The notes: generated by a model from the letters alone, not told the origin. A stretch of DNA of 64,000 bases from Gekko japonicus (GCF_001447785.1 NW_015162482.1:845930-909929); one strand, 5' to 3'. Positions 38,248 through 51,624 are shown, numbered from the stretch's first letter. A program made the numbers and translations.

Positions 38248-38448
38248 CTAGGGTTGCCAGCTATGCATTGGGAAATACCTGGAGATTTTGGGGGGTGGAG
38301 TTTGGAGAGGGGAGGGACCTCAATAGGGTATAATGCCATAGAGTCCAACTCCCAAAGCTGCCATTTCTCCAGGTGAACTGATCTCTGCTGCCTGGAGATC
38401 GGTTGTGACTGCGGGAGATCTCCAGCCACCGCCTGGAGGTTGGCAACC
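38248..38448. mobile_element. tagggttgcca-type (hAT-Blackjack-like) MITE; relatives ~15470-15665, ~24248-24495, ~50990-51172, ~61250-61418
   Basis: TIRs tagggttgcca / tggcaacc and a shared body. Confidence 0.65.
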
Positions 38449-39039
38449 ACATGTAGCCCCTGAGGAAGGAAAAAGAAGAATTCCAGATAGCCAAGTTTGC
38501 TCTTGTTCCTGCTCTCCCCCTTCTTCCACCCACATCCTTCAACTGAGGAAGGCTGGCTGGGAGGACAGCAAAGCAGAGCAGGAGAGCTGGCAGTGCTGCC
38601 GACACAACTTCAAATGAATCATCTGAAGGGCTGGGGAGGAAGACAGCTAGAGGGTGGCTGGAAGCTGGAAGACACAGGGAAACGCAACCTTTCCTATCGT
38701 CCAATGTAGCAGTTCAGGTGTTGGACTTGGAACCAGAGAGGTTAAAAATAGGGCCAAGGGCAATGGTGCAAAATCAGGTTAAAATATACTTTATTACTCA
38801 GTCACATTTCCAAAAATTCCCCTACGCATTTCACCGACAGGCTTAGTCGGGGGAACCTGTTTGTCTTGCAGTAGTTCTTCAGAAAGAGTAAAAGACCAGT
38901 AGCTCAGAAGCAGAGAGATGCAGATTCAGACACCCGCTCAGAATTGAAACCCACTCTGGGCTAGTCACTCTCTTCTGGACTAATCTCTACCCCACAAGGC
39001 TGTTGTGAGGATAAAATGGACAACTGGGGAATTGGAAAG

Positions 39040-39910
39040 ACTAAAGAATCTGGGCCTTTTTAGTTTAGAGAAAGATTACTAAGGAGGGAACATGACAGAG
39101 GTTTATGAAATGGTGTGTGGGATGGAGATAATGGATAGAGAAAACTTTTCTCTCCTTCTACTGCAATACTAGAGTTTGGGGGGGTACGCAATGAAGTTGA
39201 GGGGCAATAGATTCAGGAAGTACTGGTCCACTCATCAAGTGAACTTAAGTACATTGTGGAATTCACTGCTAGTGGATGCAGTGACAGTTGACAGCAGAGC
39301 TGGCTAGCCAGATTCACATTTACGTGCCCAGGGAAATGCTGATTGCCTATTTGGGGAAGCCATTTTTCTCATAATTGTACAAGGTGAAATATATAAATGT
39401 ATGATAAATTAGGCATGAGTTTATCAAACAAGGAACTGTAAGAACAATTTTTCCTCTTTTTTGTTTTTGTCTTTAAAATAAAAAAACTTGGGGGGGGGGA
39501 ATCCCAATCATCTCCTGCCTCTAACATGGCTTTTTAAATTGTGGGAAGAATTTTTTTGCCCTCTTCTGGGCATAGAGTAGGGGTCACTGGGGGTGGGGGA
39601 AGGTAGTTGTGAATTTCCTGCATTGTGCAGGGGGTTGGAATAGATGAACCTGGAGATCCCTTCCAACTCTATGATTCTGTGAGGGATAGGTCTATCAATG
39701 GCTACTAGCCATGCTGACTAAAGGGAACCTCCATATCCAGAAGGAATAAACCTCTGAATACTGTGCCAGGTGGCGACAACATCAGGGGAAGGTCTTGCTC
39801 TTATGCCCTGTTTGTTGACTCTCCAGGGCGGCTGTCTGACTACTGTGAAACAGGATGCTAGACGAGAGGGACCACTGGTTTGATCCAGCAGCGTCCTTCT
39901 TATATTTTTA
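39040..39910 (+). mobile_element. CR1 LINE 3' fragments (one nested at ~39555-39680)
   Basis: tttagtttagagaaag..gacagaggtttat.. and cccttccaactctatgattct CR1 termini. Confidence 0.75.
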
Positions 39911-41559
39911 ACTATGCACATCACAATGAGTTCCTTGGAGGAAGGGTAGGGCAAAAATGGGACAGGACAGTAAGGATGGAACACGGCCACGGTGGGGAGA
40001 GGTGATATTTGAAGGGAAATGCAGCAATATGAGCAGCTGTTTGGGAATACAATACCATTTATATAGTACTTTTAGTGTACAAAGCAATTCCAGTATATTT
40101 TCACAGTAATCCTTACATCAGCCCTGTAAAGGACGCCAGTATTATTCTCTCCAGGAAGAGATGGAGGATTGAGGCTGTGTATAGCTGTGATTTGGAACAG
40201 CAGCTTTCCGGACCAACACTCATTCTCTGTGCTGCACCAGTGGGTTTATTGGATAGGAAGATTCAGGGCAGAGTAAGAAATGGCTGGGGCAGAAGCAGCA
40301 AGCCTTAGTAGCCTTTGGCCAAAAATGTCTCTATGCAGTTCTTCAGCTTAGAAAAACAGAGTGGGGGTTATGCTAAATTATATTTCTGGAGTACAGAACC
40401 AACCTTGATGTGATAAACACCTATGAAAAAAGATGGTGGTGAAAAGTGCCATCCAGTTGCGGCCAATTTAAGGGAACCCTGTAGAGTTTTCCAGGCAAAG
40501 AGATGTTCACCTCTGCCCTTGCCTGCCTCTGCACAGCACCCCTGGAGCTCCTTGGTGGTCTCCCATCCCAGTACTAACCAGGGCTGCCTCTGCGTGGTTG
40601 CTGAGATCTGAGGAGACTAGACTAGCCTGGGCCATTCTGATCCAGACAAAAAGAGGGAGAGCGAAATACCCCCCCCCCAAGAATATGAGGAGATGAACCT
40701 GTGCCAAGATGCACGTCCACGTAACTGAGTCGGTTTTTGCCTCGGTCCTGAAGACAGCAAGATCAGTGGGTGGGATGCAGCATCAGGGAAGCTTGTGGAT
40801 ACTGTAGGTGAAGCAGCATATCACAAATGTACATTTGTTTTGTGTGCTTTTAGCAGTGAGTTCCATCGGGGATATTGCTGTGACTTGCATATTGTGCTTG
40901 TGCATACATGGATGTGCCAACTTGCCAGATAATTAAACATCTTTCCAAATGTGATACAGATGGACACAATGCAAAGACTTCTCTCCCCCCCTTTCTCAAA
41001 TGGGAATAGTAACTGCAAAGAGGCTTACTCAAAGGATCGGGGTGGCCACTGTATGGTGTCTGATGTTCAGGATGCTTTGCGCCCAAAGGTTTCCATTTGG
41101 CAGCCAGGACAATTTCTTTCACCGCTAAACCCCTGGAGTCTGCAAACTGGGCAACAGTGGTTAAAGCTAAGGGCTGAGAGGCAGTAGGACTCCTGGGTTC
41201 TCTCTTCTCCCCCCCCCGTCTTTGTGCCTCAGTTTTCTTTCTTAGGCTGGGATATGCCATATCCCATTCAAGGAAAGCTCCATATCTGACATGGAACAAC
41301 TTACCAATACATGAAAAAACCCGAATAAGGAAACAAATGTGTTTCTCCATTGTGCTGAATGTGTTCCAAGCTCCTTTAAAAGGGGAGGGAGGGCCTTCTT
41401 CTTTCTCCGGTGCAATGGCAGTAGGTCTCGGAGACCCGTCCCCCCAAACCTCCAGATCGCCGAACATATCAGACCACCACATTCTGCCCTCCAAAGTGGA
41501 GTGAGATCCAACCATCAGTCGGTGGAAAACGACCCACAGATCGGCAGGAGCCTCTGCCA

Positions 41560-41974
41560 ACCCCGCAGGTTTGGGATCTCAGCGCCCGCTCTATCCAACA
41601 AAATGGAGGGTCGCTGACTACTGGGCACCTTGGTTAAGGGCAGGGCGGGCCTCTCCCTTCCTCTCCTCCTACCCGGAGCATCTTCTCCGGCGGGCGCGCT
41701 GGCTTGGGTGGTTCCCCTTCCCCTCTTCTCCCGGCGACGGGGCTGCAATGCGGGGCTCTGGGCCGCATCCAAGAGAGGAGGAGCCTGTGACCCCCCCTCC
41801 GCCCCCTCCCTCTCTTCCCAACTTGGGCGCCTATAAAGCCGCCTCGCCCGGTGCCGGCGCCTTCTTCTCCCGCCCGAAACTTCTGCTGCCGGCCCCCTCG
41901 TGCGCCAGCGCCACTCACCACCACTCGCCCCCCTCTCTCTTTCTCTCTCTCTCTCCCTCCCCCGCGCCGCAGCC
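41560..41974 (+). promoter_or_regulatory. PRPH: PRPH CpG-island promoter and 5' UTR, TATA box at 41832-41838
   Basis: High CpG density, GC boxes, tataaag ~140 nt upstream of a Kozak gccATG. Confidence 0.8.
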
Positions 41975-42519
41975 ATGAGCCACTCCAGCGGCATGCGAGC
42001 CACCTCGTACCGCCGCACCTTCGGGCCGCCCCCCATGCTGTCCCCGGTGTCGTATTCCTCGTCCCGCTTCGCCTCCTCGTCCTCGGCCACGCGGCTGCTG
42101 AGCACGCCTTCGCCCGGGGCCTCCTTGCGCTCCTACCGCAGCGGCGGCGGCGTCCTGCGCTCCAGCACCCCGGCGCCGCCGCGGATCGTCTACAGCAGCG
42201 AGAAGCTGGACTTCTCGGTGGCCGAGGCGCTGAACCAGGAGTTCCTGGCCACGCGGAGCAACGAGAAGCAGGAGCTGCAGGAGCTCAACGACCGCTTCGC
42301 CAGCTTCATCGAGAAGGTGCGCTACTTGGAGACGCAGAACGCCGCCCTGCTGGCCGAGCTGGGCCAGGCCCGCTCCAAGGAGCCCGCCCGCGCCGCCGAC
42401 CTCTTCCAGGACGAGCTCCGCGAGCTGCGCAGGCAGGTGGACGCGCTGGGCAAGGACCGCGACCGCCTCCAGGTCGACCGCGACAACATGGCCGAGGACG
42501 TGGCCGCTCTCAAGCAGAG
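41975..42519 (+). CDS. PRPH: Peripherin exon 1
   Basis: SYRRTFG head motif, LDFSVAEALNQEFLATRSNEKQELQELNDRFA; donor ag|gtgag. Confidence 0.95.
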
Positions 42520-45500
42520 GTGAGGAGAGGGGGCGGGGCCGCTGGCCGGGGCACCTGGGTGGGCGGGCGGGCAGCGGGGAGGACATTGGACAACCTGGGC
42601 CCGGGCGAGGAATGAGTCTGCAGCTTTGGTTTCTGCGGTAGATTTGAAGCGCCGGGTGGAGGGTGATAGCGGCTGGGGGCTAGAGCCTTGACGATTTGGG
42701 GTGGTGGGAGCGGGGAGGAGAGTTAGAGAGTCCATCTGAGCCAGGCTCGGCCTCTCGCTGTTTGAATGGCAGTTCCTGGGAACAAATGGAATAATCAGGA
42801 AGAGGGTATCTCTGAGCATATGCTGAGTGCATTGCAGCATGGACCAGTGAACTCGGGTCAGTTTGAATGCTGGTAATTTTTAGAGACTTGGCAACAGTTC
42901 TGTCATCCAGAGAAGACTTTTAGCTGATCGCAGTGGAGCATCAGGACTCCTGAATGGGGGAGAGGGTTGGATCTAATGGGTTACTGCACGGTATAGATTT
43001 GGGTGCTAGGAGTTCAGAGCTGGGGACTGAACCCAGAAGAGAAGTGCATTGACTGATAACAGCAGGCCAATTGAGCCCATGTGAGTTCTGTCTCTAATCC
43101 AGAGGAGTGGAGAAAGAGTGGTCTAGTGTTGGTCACCATAAGACAGTAAGACATATTCTGAGCTGTAATATCTTTCTTTCCTTATTTGTAGTTTTCTCCA
43201 GAATCAAAGGAGACACGAAGCACCAAAAATTAGCATAATACTTGACATTTCTGCATTATATCAAATTAGAGGTCCAGTGGTGCCTTAAAGACTAACAATG
43301 TTTATTCTGGCATAAGCTTTCACAGCTCACTTCATCAGGTGCCTGGAGTGTACATTTCTGGCAGATATAGGTATAGTTCAAGTTACTAGCAACAGAAAGG
43401 CAGGAGTGGGGAGATACTAGTTAGAAACAATAACCAATCAAAGAGAAATCAGTCAGTTCAGAGCTGGTGCAGACCACACCCAACTGTTGATAGATGGACA
43501 GAGCAGGGAAGAGATTAAATCAGATCTAATCAAGGATGGTGCAATTGAAGACATGATGAGCCGATCTAGATAGGTCCGTTCTACAAAGATAAAGCTGGAC
43601 TAATTAACAAATGGTGGCTTATGTGGAGCCTCTGGAATTAGCTCCATATGATATAACGTTTTTAGAAAATCAGAACCAACTATATTTATGTAATTCTTTC
43701 TCTTCTTCATTGAGTAAATATTCCAAATGGGTCTAATACAAATAATGCATTGCTGCTTAGCAATCAGAACAGTTTTCCTTCGGCATTCTAAGCTTAACTT
43801 CAGTGGGGATGGTGGGAATTTGATGGTGTGGGGCTGGTGTGGACTGGGGGGCCAATGTCTGCCCCCAATTCTGTGAAAGGGTTTAATGGTTGCAAGCACA
43901 GTAACTCTTGAATTTGCTCTCCTTGCCTCTACCCCAATGCTGAAAAAGGCATTTAATGTGCACCTGGGATTCCAGGCATTTATCCCAAATTTTGGAACTT
44001 GGAGTTGAAGGCTGGAGGCTCAAGGTGAGGGTAGATGAGACAGCAATCCTGAAATACAACCCCAGACTGCAGAGGATAATTTGGTAGCTTATTTCTGGTC
44101 CAGCTCTGCATGGGGACTGTGGACAGATAGAAAGGACGAATGGGAATCGGTGCTCTCTGTTGATGAGCCAATGGAGGGGTGTCTCATATCTAAAACAGGG
44201 AAGCTACTTTGTTTGTAGCACAATAAGGAGCAGTGCTTTTAATGGCATGCTCGATGGAAGAAGATGACTTTTGGGATCCTGAGGAAGGCTGATATGCATA
44301 GCAAAGAAGTATATTTGCTAATGGATCCTTGAGGGGCCAGTGAGAGGATAAAACCTATAGTGGGGACAGACTTCCATCAATAGAACACCATGTATGTGTA
44401 AGAGTGGGGGGTTCTAGTTCCACCAAGGCAGGAAGGCATGGGACTTCAGTGTCCAGGAATGGGGAAGAAGATCTGACTGTAAGGGTGGGACAGTGGGGAA
44501 TAGTGGCTGGACCGAACCACCAGACGTTGGCAGGGAATGAGAAGAGGGATGGGCGTCTGGTGAAGTTTGGACCCTCCTCCTGTAGTTATGTTGCAGCCAT
44601 GAGATGTTGGGGTGGGGCAAGGAGAATGGAGTGACTATGTGACTTGGCAGCAGAGGAGCAAAAGGGTGTAGCAAGGGAGAATGCCATACCAAGAATCCCT
44701 TCTGTGGAAGGACTCTGTATATCACGGTGGTAGTACAGTGGTATGGTGGAATTGCTGTGAGTTGGCAAACATAGGCGTGAACGGGATGTCAAATGGATGC
44801 CGCTGGTGTGATGGGGCACCTGCACTGGTCTCATTGCTTGTGTGTAGGGGGTCCAGTTTGGCTTATAATGGGGCCAGTGTGATGCATGCATCACTAACTA
44901 CTCCAGTGCATTTTTTAAAAGGAACAAAATAATAGGACAGAAAAACAGAGACTGCATTCCCCAAGTCTCTGTGGGGTGGGGTTTGAGTTTCCGCATCCTG
45001 GCATAGCTTGTGCTATGGCAGATGGGGGTGGGGGGAGAGAAGAGGGACAAGGCGCAGACAAGCGTCAGGATCCGAAGGCTGGAAGAGAAATGGGCGTGGT
45101 CCTTTATGCCTGCACCATGACGGGGCAGCCTCTTGTCCATTCTTTCCTCCTCCTGAGTCAGCCAGGGTAGGACTGATGGACAGAAGGTGCTGGGAGAAGA
45201 AAAAAGGTGTGGCCAAAGGCCACTGTGAAAATATCTCCTTTTTTCTCCAAAAGAATAGGTTATGCTAACTCTCCCTTACCAATAGAAATCTATTAATGCA
45301 GCCAAATTCTGCAAAGTGCTTCCAGCAAAGCCTTTCCAAGGTTGCCTTAATTTCTTCTCTATCTTCTCTATCAGCCAAACTGTCCAAACCCCAATCATTT
45401 CACTTACTGGTCAGTCTTTTACTTCCACTCACTCCTTGTGTCGACCATCTAATATCAGTAGCTCCTCTAGGTAGGGGCTTCCATCACCCCTTCTATATAG

Positions 45501-45566
45501 TACATAGTATGAAGTCACTAAATGCTAGGGAGCTGGATAAGATGGACATAGTGATCATCTGCTAGG

Positions 45567-46393
45567 TGTTAGCCTGATTCCCGCTTTATGTACAGCAGGG
45601 GCTAGGGGTGGGTATAGACCAGTGTATACAGAGGTCAGAACCAAGACTCCGTTTTCCCAACAGAAAGTGACAACGCAATTGGGTGATTATAAAAATAAGT
45701 TGTTCTCTTTACTAAATAACAATTAGTTTCACAAACATACAAACAGAATCATACATTCACACATACATACAAGGTTCCTTTAGCAATAAAGAGAAGAATA
45801 CAAAATAGTTTCCTTAGTTACTTGGGAGTCTTGAGTAGGTATTTCGCTCCATACTTGCCTGATCAGAAGCTCTTGGAACTGTAGCAGCAGAAGATTGAAG
45901 ACTAAGGGAAGGGATCCCTAAGATTGTACTTGCTCTTTTGCTAGAACCAGCCAGCTTTGTGGGCATGAAATGTCTCTGGCTGTACATCCCAGAGAGATTC
46001 CTGCACAAAGAGTCTTTTACCTAAAGGGAAGGGAAGGAGGGGTGAGGTTGGCTAGCCAGCAGCCCAGAACAAAAGTGTGCTCTTCGTTATATTCCAGGTG
46101 GGAGGCGCTTTGCCTGCTCGGATGTCCCACCTTTCTGTAAGACCACCCATGATTGCTCTGGGTTGGTTGAGTGTGGAAATGGGCAGGTATACCCTATGGG
46201 AGTGGCAATGTTGTAATTCTAGACCCTAGAATTAGCATATCAGTGCAGGCAGCACATCAGCATAGCAGCTTTCCAAATGCAGCAGACCAAAGCACACAGT
46301 TCTCCCAAACCCATACATAATGCAAGTACACTCCATACATACATATATCAGCACAATACAAATAAAATACTATTTTAAGCACATTCCTTAACA
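45567..46393. mobile_element. Solo LTR in PRPH intron 1
   Basis: tgtta...taaca termini with 4-bp TSD tagg on both sides; 827 bp. Confidence 0.65.
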
Positions 46394-46686
46394 TAGGCAT
46401 TAAGCATGATGCAGGCTAGCAGGGAAAGGCACCAGCAGGAGTTTCCATACACGTAGCCTGTTTGACTGCATCTGGTCTGCAGTCATCTGGTATGGCTCCT
46501 GAAGTCAGAGGGGGATAGAAACAGATCGCCTCTCGCTGGCACAGAAAAGGGGGCATTGGAATGTATGGGACAGACCAGAACATAATCATAGATCGGTGGG
46601 GTTACAGCTGGGTCAGTGCAGTCAATATGATGTTGAGCTATAATTAGCCCCGTTTCTAGCCCTCTGCTGCTCTCTGCCTCCTGCAG

Positions 46687-46747
46687 GCTGGACGAGGAGA
46701 TGCACAAACGCGAAGAAGCTGAAAATAACCTGGTTCTGTTCCGCAAG
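46687..46747 (+). CDS. PRPH: Peripherin exon 2 (61 nt)
   Basis: LDEEMHKREEAENNLVLFRK; cag| and |gtaag. Confidence 0.93.
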
Positions 46748-47205
46748 GTAAGCATTCCTGCTGGTGGAGCAAGGCAGAGGGAGTGGCCCTGCTTGGCTCT
46801 CTCGTGCTTCCTTCGTGCTTGTGGACATGCAGGCTCGCCAGATGTTGATGCTCCGTTTGTGCTTGCAGACGTGCAGGCTCACCAGGTGTTCTCTGGTTGG
46901 TATCCCCTGTCACTGTTACATGGATATGCCTTTTTGGTGCCATCTTGCTCCAGGATTAGCACCGGAGGAGTTGTCAAGCCCACCTCTTCAGTGCCATTTT
47001 GGGCAATGCATGAGCTGTCCATTGTGCTGAATTAAGGTCTCATGCTCCACCTTCCACTGCTCCCGCCTCCCAAGCAGCTGCAGTGGCAGTGGGTGGGTGT
47101 TTTGCCTGCTTTCTCTTATGCATTATACATTAAAGTGGAAAGAGAAGGGTTGCTTGTTGTGTTTCTAATTCTGGTTCTGTTTCTCCTCTTCCTGTGGCAT
47201 CCTAG

Positions 47206-47301
47206 GATGTGGATGATGCCACCCTTTCCCGCCTGGAGCTGGAGCGCAAGATTGAGTCCCTCATGGATGAGATTGAATTCCTCAAGAAGCTGCATGAAGA
47301 G
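47206..47301 (+). CDS. PRPH: Peripherin exon 3 (96 nt)
   Basis: [32 protein letters not shown]. Confidence 0.95.
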
Positions 47302-48193
47302 GTAAGGAAATAAGGGCACTGTCATCGAGGCCGAGGGTGGGTGACCCCCTCCCCAATTTATGCTTAGAGATATTGTCCTTTGTCTTGTTGGTGTAGAAAC
47401 TCTTGAGAAACCAGCAGAACCCTCTAAAGTTGACCTAACCCACAGGACAGGTGGGCCACGTCTCCTGGTTCTTGCTGCCCCCCCCCATTGCACGGGCTGG
47501 GGTCTGTCTCCTGTGCTCACTTAGCAATTACATTACCCCAACCCAGTGGCTAGCCATGGGGGGGTGAGGTGAGAGTTTTAAAAGAGGCAGCAGAATTGGG
47601 CACACATCAGAAATGATGCAGTTGGGTTTGATAGGGCGGGAGGGACTGTGGTGTGAGATCCCATCCAGAGCTCTTTAATATTCATAGGCCTGAGCCATGT
47701 TGCTTGTGCCCCATCTAGTGGTGAATAACAGCACTGTAGCTGCACCCCCAGCCCCACCCTTGGTAGTACGAGCAAAAGTTTACGCACAGGATTATCATGG
47801 TGGGTTTGCAAGCCTGATCCGGCTGAGAAAGCTTCTACATGGAGCCAGTTGTCTCTTACATCCCTTTGGGGTTTTTTTCATCTGTCTGTCTGGCAGTGGG
47901 CATGTGTCTCGTGAAGCTGCTGTTCTGACTGTGGCAGGTCTACCCTTATGCCCTTATGTGCTCCTTGCCTGGCCTCTGTGGACTACTCTAATCACAGTGC
48001 ATAATATTTTTGTCTTTACGCATGGTTGGTATACACACACCTGTGAATAGGTTTCTTTGTGTTTCATGCACCTTGTTTTGTGGGTGTACTGTCTCACGTG
48101 TGGTTGCCACTGTGTACGTCCATGTTGCTGTGTGGGACTGATGCATTCTTGAACATGTCTGACTTACCTTGGCGGATATCTCAATGCATGCAG

Positions 48194-48358
48194 GAGCTGA
48201 ATGACATGCAAGTGAGCATGCACAGCCAGCAGCAGGTCCAAGTGGAGGTGGAGCAGGCCAAACCGGACCTGACAGCCGCTCTGCGAGATATCCGCACACA
48301 GTATGAGAGCATCGCCGTCAAGAATCTGCAGGAGGCTGAAGAGTGGTACAAATCCAAG
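48194..48358 (+). CDS. PRPH: Peripherin exon 4 (165 nt)
   Basis: ELNDMQVS...[33 protein letters not shown]. Confidence 0.9.
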
Positions 48359-49630
48359 GTGCCTAAATTGGGTGCGACAAGAAGGGTGGGAGGGTGGGAT
48401 GTGACATGTATTCGGAGAGAACCAATGCAGTGTGATGGAGGCTGTGCACCAGAGAGCCCTGGATTTGAATCTGTGGGGAACTGTGAAATTTACTGGGTGC
48501 GATAGAATCTATCAATCTGCTTCACAGGATTAGTGAGAGGATAACTGGGGGGAAATCCTATCTACATCTCTCTGTGCTCTTTGGAGAGGATACAACTGTG
48601 ATTGATAGGTAGACAGTGCAAGGGTGGACGTAGCCGAAGAAGTGGGGAGCGGTTTCATCCCAAGCCCAGTATGTCAGGGTTAGAGCTCTGCTGCAGCCCC
48701 CCAGAACTCCTACCCCATTCTTCCAGTTGACCCACAGTCTTTTAGAAACTTTATGTCTTGCATATATTTATGCTCATCTTGGATCGTAATAAATATGGAC
48801 TGACTGAACTTTATGTCAGTATTTAGGAGCTTGTTACCTTTTCCTCTGTTGTCGATACTGGCCTGTCTGCCTTTAAGGGCCATTATATACATTATACTTT
48901 TGGGTTGCAGGGTGGGGGGTACAGATAAAAGGTTTCCACCTGCATACTTATAAAGAGCGAGTGCAACAAACATGCATTTGAGAACCCAGCTGTACTTGTC
49001 AGGGAGGCAGGATTGGCCACAACCCCCAGTTGAGTATACACTTTGTGTGCTGGAAGACAAAGGCAGGCCAGCAGATCTGAGCGACAGCAGGCAGAAAACT
49101 GGGAACCACAGTCTTGAACATCTCCCCTGGGAAGCCAGGCACTGTTGTCAGGTGCCCTTACCCACCAGATAAGGGTTTCCTTGTCCTCAAGGGAGCTTCA
49201 CCATCTGGATGTTGAGTTGGAGGAAAATTCTCTCTCTCCTGCACACACGTACACTTCCTTGTGGAACCGCAGCCACCATGCACATATCGAAATGGAAAGG
49301 TCCGTTTCCAAAATATGCAGAAATGAGTTTTCCAGTGGATCTGTAGGGGAACTAGAGGAACCCCCCGGAGCTGCTACCTAAAACATCTCAGTATGCATCC
49401 TTGTATCACAGATGATAGAAATGTGTGGTCTTCACATTTTGTTTGCTAAATGAAAAATGGTCTTGGGCAGCCGTGCTTTTGAACAGAGAAATGGTGGAAG
49501 TGAAGGTGTTGCTTAACCCTTTGCCCACTGGCTGCTTCCCAGAAGCAGCTGAGAGGGATATTTTGAATAGGAAAAAATGGCTGGCAGGGGAAAAAAACCC
49601 AGTAGTCCCATGAACACATTTATTTTCAAG

Positions 49631-49999
49631 ATCCATTTAATATATAGTTCTCAAATAGAGGATGTATCAGATATTAAACTGATAAGAACAGATATGACAC
49701 TTGTTTGGTGTAGTGGTTAGGAGTGCGGACTCTAATCTGGGAGAACAAGGTTTGATTCCCCACTCCTCCTCCACGTGCAGCTGCTGGTGTAACCTTGGGT
49801 CAGTTACAAGTTCTTTCAGAGCTGTTCTCTCACAAGCAGTTCTCGAAAGAGCTCTCTAAGCTCCACCTACCTCACAGGGTGTCTGTTGTGAGGAGGGGAA
49901 AGGAAAGGAGATTGATTCTGAGACTCCTTCAGGTAGTGAAGGGCGGGGTATAAATCCGATATCCTCTTCTTGGTCTTAGCCAAAAGGCCAAGAAGTGAT
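49631..49999 (-). pseudogene. U2 snRNA pseudogene (~nt 1-100) split by a SINE
   Basis: 49969-49999 reverse complement = atcacttcttggccttttggctaagaccaag (U2 1-31); 49631-49703 reverse complement = caagtgtcatatctgttcttatcagtttaatatctgatac...attaaatggat. Confidence 0.92.
49704..49968 (+). mobile_element. Squam3-like SINE inside the U2 pseudogene
   Basis: Matches 36996-37275. Confidence 0.85.
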
Positions 50000-50717
50000 A
50001 CAAACACATGAAGGTTCATTATACTGACTCAGGATATTGGTCATTGGTCTATCAAGGTCAACATTTTCTGTTCTGACTGGCAGCAGCCCTCCAGGGTATC
50101 AGGTTTTGTTCCACCATTTCTCTGGTTGCAATTGCAGCCTTCCTGGGCCGTTTTTCATTTTAAAACAATAACACCTTGATGCTCCATTGTATGCATTTGC
50201 ACATCACAGGGGGCTTTGCCCCTTGGAGGCTGCTGAGGACCGACTCCAAAGAGGCAGCCTTGTAGGCATCAGACAGGAGGAGGAATGAGTCTGTTTCACA
50301 CATTTAAAGATTTTACATTGGATTGAAGCAGGACAGCTCCATAACAGGAGACTGTCAGTGCCATCCTGAACAGAGTGACACCCTCGGAAGCCCATTCCAG
50401 TGGCTTCATTGTACTTAAAAAGGTACAGCTCTGCTTAGGATCGCACTGCGTGTTGGTCCCCTGCTTCCCTGAACACATGAAGCTGCCTTATACTGACTCA
50501 GACCCTTGGTCCGTCAAGGCCAGCATTGCCTACTCAGGCTGGCAGCAGCTCTCCAGGGTCTCAGGCTGAGGTCTTTCACATTACCTACTGCCTGGTCCTT
50601 TTAACTGGAGGTGCCAGGAACTGAACCCGGGGCCTTCTGCGTGCCTGGGGCCTTCTCCTCTGCCATTGAGCCACAGCCCCTCCCTCACAAATGCTTTAAC
50701 CCTCCCGTTTCTTGCAG

Positions 50718-50843
50718 TTTGCCGACCTGTCGGATGCAGCTAATCGGAACCACGAGGCACTTCGCCAGGCCAAGCACGAGATGAATGAATCTCGGCGCCA
50801 AATCCAGAGTCTCACTTGCGAGGTGGATGGACTCAAGGGAACA
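50718..50843 (+). CDS. PRPH: Peripherin exon 5 (126 nt)
   Basis: [42 protein letters not shown]. Confidence 0.95.
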
Positions 50844-51624
50844 GTGAGTAGGCCCCAGGTCCTATCCTGAGCTTCTTGCCCGGGGCAGCCACTCCGCTTC
50901 CTCTCCATGCTAAGCGCCCTGCTTTGTATCCCAAGGTATATCACCTGTGCTCCATGGGAGCAGGCAGGAGCTTTATGTAAGTGGTGCAATTAGGGCTGCC
51001 AGTTTTAAGACTGGTCCCTTTGGCTGTTCCTTTAATATCAGCTTGATCTGCAGCAATTAGCGGGGTCATGTTATTTAGCTCCGTGCCATGAAAAGTTTCA
51101 TCTGAAGATTTCTGTATATTAAATCTCAGTTAAAGGGACAGGACATTTTCTTCCTGGCTTGTTGGCAACTTTTGGTGGAATTGGGCTCTCAGCGCATGCA
51201 TGAGGCCTGGACTCAACCACAGTTTGGCTCCCAGCACCTATTTTCAGTGGTCAGTTAAAAGAACCCATGATTACAGTCTGTATAAATGCAGCCAAGGGAG
51301 CCTCTGCCTCACCCAGACGGCTTTTTGACTTATCTAAGGTTCCTTTTTTAAAAAAAATAACACCCATTCCTCTTGGGAAGATTCTGATTAGAATAGGAAT
51401 TGGTTTTAAAATTAGGAAAAGTCTAGTTGCCCTGCCAAAATAGGAATGCCCAGTCTTCATTGAACTCTGTCCTCTCACCCACGGCCCAAGGTGGATTTTT
51501 TTCAAGGTTTTTGTCAACTTTATGTTTAAGCAACCCTGAAAGAAATCTCCCTTTGGGTACAATGACTGTGCGAGGTAAGGTGCTTAAACCCGGGGGCGGG
51601 GGGGAATGGACCAATTCTAATGAA

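Noticed and set aside
41515-42840. Several long overlapping ORFs around PRPH exon 1
   Set aside because: GC-rich, stop-poor CpG island artefacts
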